NCBI GenBank assembly: GCA_964548975.1 | Contig: CAZJTS010000001.1 | Coordinates: forward strand, 1-35,600 | DNA: 35,600 nt | Source of the DNA: an uncultured Fastidiosipila sp. | GTDB lineage: Bacteria; Bacillota; Clostridia; Saccharofermentanales; Fastidiosipilaceae | Direction of reading: 5' to 3' | Part shown: positions 33,610 to 35,600 of the stretch, piece by piece | Position numbering within the stretch: the first letter of the stretch is position 1 | How the letters are laid out: each line of letters begins with the position of its first letter | The notes under the pieces: generated by a model | Databases searched by the model: none | Seen by the model: the letters and a program-made list of their open reading frames with translations, nothing else | Told to the model about the DNA's origin: nothing | Translations under genes and position numbers: made by a program

Positions 33610-34416
33610 ATGCAGTACTTCAAATTTGGGAACACTTACGAGATACCGGCCGTCGGCTGTGGCACCAACACTTTCGGCAAAGCCGAGGGCAAATACGACG
33701 GCGAAATCAACTTCGATACGACAGAAATAGAGTCTGCGATCAAGATCGGCTATCGGCATTTTGATACCGCGATTTCCTATAGGAATGAAGAAGTACTTGC
33801 TCTGGGCATCGAGAAGAGCGGTCTTCAGCGCCAGGACTTTTTCCTGGTCACGAAGATTCCCGGCAAGCCCGAATATATCCGGGACACCGAAGCCATTCAA
33901 GCGAGCGTCGAATCAAGCCTGGCCAAACTCAAGACCGACTACCTGGACCTCTATCTGATCCACCACCCCTGGGACGTCAAGAAAGAAATGACTCGTACCT
34001 GGCGAGTGCTCGAGGCCTATCACGGGCTCGGCGTACTGCGGTCAATTGGCGTGTCGAACTACACCGAGAAGCACCTCGCCCATCTCCTCAAGAAGGCCGA
34101 AATCAAGCCCGTCGTCAATCAGATCGAGTCCCACCCCGGCAACTGGAACCACCACCTCATCGCCTACTGTCAGGACAACGGCATCATTCCGGTGGCCTGG
34201 TCTCCCCTCAAAAATACCCGCGAGGTCAAAAAAGAGCTGAAAGACATCTGTGCCAAATACAACAAGACCCCTGCCCAGGTCATCCTGCGTTATCAGGTGG
34301 ATCGGGGTGTTGTCGTCATCCCGAAATCGCACAGTCCCGAACATCAGGAGGAAAACTTTGATATCTTCAATTTCACACTCACTGAGAAGGAACGCCAGCA
34401 GATCGGCAAGCTCTAA
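33610..34416 (+). CDS. Aldo/keto reductase (2,5-diketo-D-gluconate reductase-like subfamily)
   Basis: AKR hallmarks are present: IPAVGCGT, GYRHFDTAISYRNE, DYLDLYLIHHPW, IGVSNY and VVIPKS. SD AAGGAG lies upstream. Confidence 0.9.
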   Translation: MQYFKFGNTYEIPAVGCGTNTFGKAEGKYDGEINFDTTEIESAIKIGYRHFDTAISYRNEEVLALGIEKSGLQRQDFFLVTKIPGKPEYIRDTEAIQASVESSLAKLKTDYLDLYLIHHPWDVKKEMTRTWRVLEAYHGLGVLRSIGVSNYTEKHLAHLLKKAEIKPVVNQIESHPGNWNHHLIAYCQDNGIIPVAWSPLKNTREVKKELKDICAKYNKTPAQVILRYQVDRGVVVIPKSHSPEHQEENFDIFNFTLTEKERQQIGKL

Positions 34417-34427
34417 GGAGGACAGAT

Positions 34428-34613
34428 ATGCCCACAATTCTACTTAACAGGCTCATTCAATTAAGCGGCAATCGCATCCATCCCCTGGTCGGTGTCCTGA
34501 TCGCTATCGTCGCCATCGCTTTTTTAGGCCTGTTTATCAGCTATACAAATAAGTACCGCAGAACAGAGCGTAAACGCAAAAAAGAAGAAGAATCCAAAGG
34601 TCCCGAGCTCTAA
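34428..34613 (+). CDS. Small single-pass membrane protein with a Lys/Arg/Glu-rich tail, function unknown
   Basis: A strong SD (AAGGAGG) lies 6 nt upstream of the ATG, 11 nt after the AKR stop. One TM helix is predicted (LVGVLIAIVAIAFLGLFISY). A strong terminator follows. Confidence 0.55.
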   Translation: MPTILLNRLIQLSGNRIHPLVGVLIAIVAIAFLGLFISYTNKYRRTERKRKKEEESKGPEL

Positions 34614-34631
34614 CCCCCCCCCAAATAATGA

Positions 34632-34667
34632 AACACGGCCTCACAGGAGACCGTGTTTTTTGTTTTT
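34632..34667. terminator. Strong rho-independent terminator between convergent genes
   Basis: AACACGGCCTC (34632-34642) pairs with GAGACCGTGTT (34647-34657), 11 bp with one mismatch and the loop ACAG. It is followed by TTTTGTTTTT on the plus strand. Confidence 0.85.
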
Positions 34668-34681
34668 AACTAAATTCGCTA

Positions 34682-35056
34682 CTAGATAATATCTGTATCA
34701 GTACGGTGTACGACCTCAGGTCTGTTCGGTGCGACCAAACGCCCGATCAGCCAGCCGACCAGCGACCAGATCACAATTGCGATCAGAGATTCAGCTTCCA
34801 GGACACCGTTCTCTCCCAGTCCACCGAATTCCAGATCAGGGAAAATCGCCTGGAACGGCCACACGAGAGGATTCGTAATCATATAGATCAGATTCACGAA
34901 CACATTCGATTCATTTGCGCCGAAGAAACGGAAAATCAATCGCAGAATCAAAAGAATCACCACTATTGTCGTCAGTGTCATGATGAAACGTTTGACACCC
35001 TGTCTACCGCTCTCTGCACGAGTGACTGTTGTAGTGCTATTTACAGGATCTTGCAT
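34682..35056 (-). CDS. YggT-family-like small integral membrane protein
   Basis: The pattern ILRLIFRFF...NLIYMITNPLVWPFQAIFP...ESLIAIVIWSLVGW resembles YggT/YlmG proteins. The track start TTG 35062 sits only 2 nt from SD AGGAGG. ATG 35056 has an 8-nt spacer and is preferred. Confidence 0.55.
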   Translation of the reverse strand: MQDPVNSTTTVTRAESGRQGVKRFIMTLTTIVVILLILRLIFRFFGANESNVFVNLIYMITNPLVWPFQAIFPDLEFGGLGENGVLEAESLIAIVIWSLVGWLIGRLVAPNRPEVVHRTDTDII

Positions 35057-35174
35057 ATTCAATACCTCCTTGTAATCACGTGATCGTAATCACAAGTTAA
35101 TTTTGAGCCAAATCCCCTGCCTCCGCCGTGCATTACAGCTGAAACGCTGGATTATTCACAAGATGTTAAAAAAC

Positions 35175-35600
35175 CTAATATATGCCGCTAAACTTGTAAT
35201 AAAGGTCCTTCGCAAAGGAATCCGTCATCCCACAGATATAGTCATTGACCAGAAGTAAGCGCAGATAGAGTCTTTCGCCCTCATCCTTCCCCGCCGCTTC
35301 TCGCCAGTACAGTGCCCGATAATTGTCCGAGATCAAAGCCATCAACCTGCGATCAACCGGCTTTTGCGCCAGCTCGGTATCGTAATGAAGACAGGCCGGC
35401 ACGAACTTATCTAACAAGCCCCCGATAATCGCATCCGCCGCCACCTCCAGCTGAACAATCGACTGAGAACTGAAGACCGCGTCATAGGCAATATCCCCCA
35501 GGACATCCAGCAGCAGCCCCGCCAGATTATCATGGAAAAGATCATGCAGGTATCGTCCCTCCATAATGGCTTCATAGCGGTCACAGAAAGTCTCCGTCAC
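35175..35600 (-). CDS. dGTP triphosphohydrolase-like (HD-domain) protein, C-terminal part only (the N-terminus lies beyond the window end)
   Basis: The C-terminal block LLLVNDYICGMTDSFAKDLYYKFSGIY matches the conserved dGTPase-family tail (D-Y/F-I-x-GMTD). The ORF is open to the window edge, and the GTG at 35600 is an edge artefact. Confidence 0.7.
   Translation of the reverse strand: MTETFCDRYEAIMEGRYLHDLFHDNLAGLLLDVLGDIAYDAVFSSQSIVQLEVAADAIIGGLLDKFVPACLHYDTELAQKPVDRRLMALISDNYRALYWREAAGKDEGERLYLRLLLVNDYICGMTDSFAKDLYYKFSGIY

Noticed and set aside
1-35600. Scan for CRISPR arrays, rRNA genes, IS elements or prophage genes
   Set aside because: I saw no regularly spaced direct repeats, no rRNA-like conserved stretches, and no transposase, integrase or phage structural motifs in any credible ORF.

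Overview
The window looks like a chromosomal segment of a Gram-positive bacterium, probably a Clostridia-like Bacillota. This is inferred from an LtaS-family enzyme, a lipobox and a sortase-type sorting signal, a YhaO/YhaN pair, a YitT-family protein, an ECF transporter and a tRNA with encoded CCA. Third codon positions are GC-rich, so the ORF track holds many long antisense or off-frame shadow ORFs, which I reject. I support 25 protein-coding genes (2 cut by the window edges), one tRNA-Arg(CCG), one cobalamin riboswitch, and several promoters and terminators. Gene order: acyl-CoA synthetase (partial, -); MgtA-type Mg2+ P-type ATPase with a long leader (-); YitT-family protein (+); LtaS-family protein (+); tRNA-Arg (-); small membrane protein (-); MarR regulator plus a heterodimeric ABC exporter pair (+); Na/Pi cotransporter-PhoU fusion (+); exported M3 peptidase, YhaN-like ATPase and YhaO-like phosphoesterase (-); cytoplasmic GH13 alpha-amylase (+). 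Next comes a cobalamin-riboswitch-controlled operon (+): a DUF4430 lipoprotein, a wall-anchored 2xDUF4430-beta-propeller protein, EcfT, a fused EcfA-EcfA' and an S-component-like protein. It is followed by MoxR / DUF58 / transglutaminase (+), an aldo/keto reductase and a small membrane protein (+), a YggT-like protein (-) and a dGTPase-like protein (partial, -). The most interesting signal is this B12-riboswitch operon (about 21.6-28.4 kb). It couples two surface-displayed proteins with transcobalamin-like domains to a dedicated ECF importer. I read it as a Gram-positive surface corrinoid-capture system that, to my knowledge, has not been characterised experimentally. No CRISPR arrays, transposases, integrases or rRNA genes were seen.
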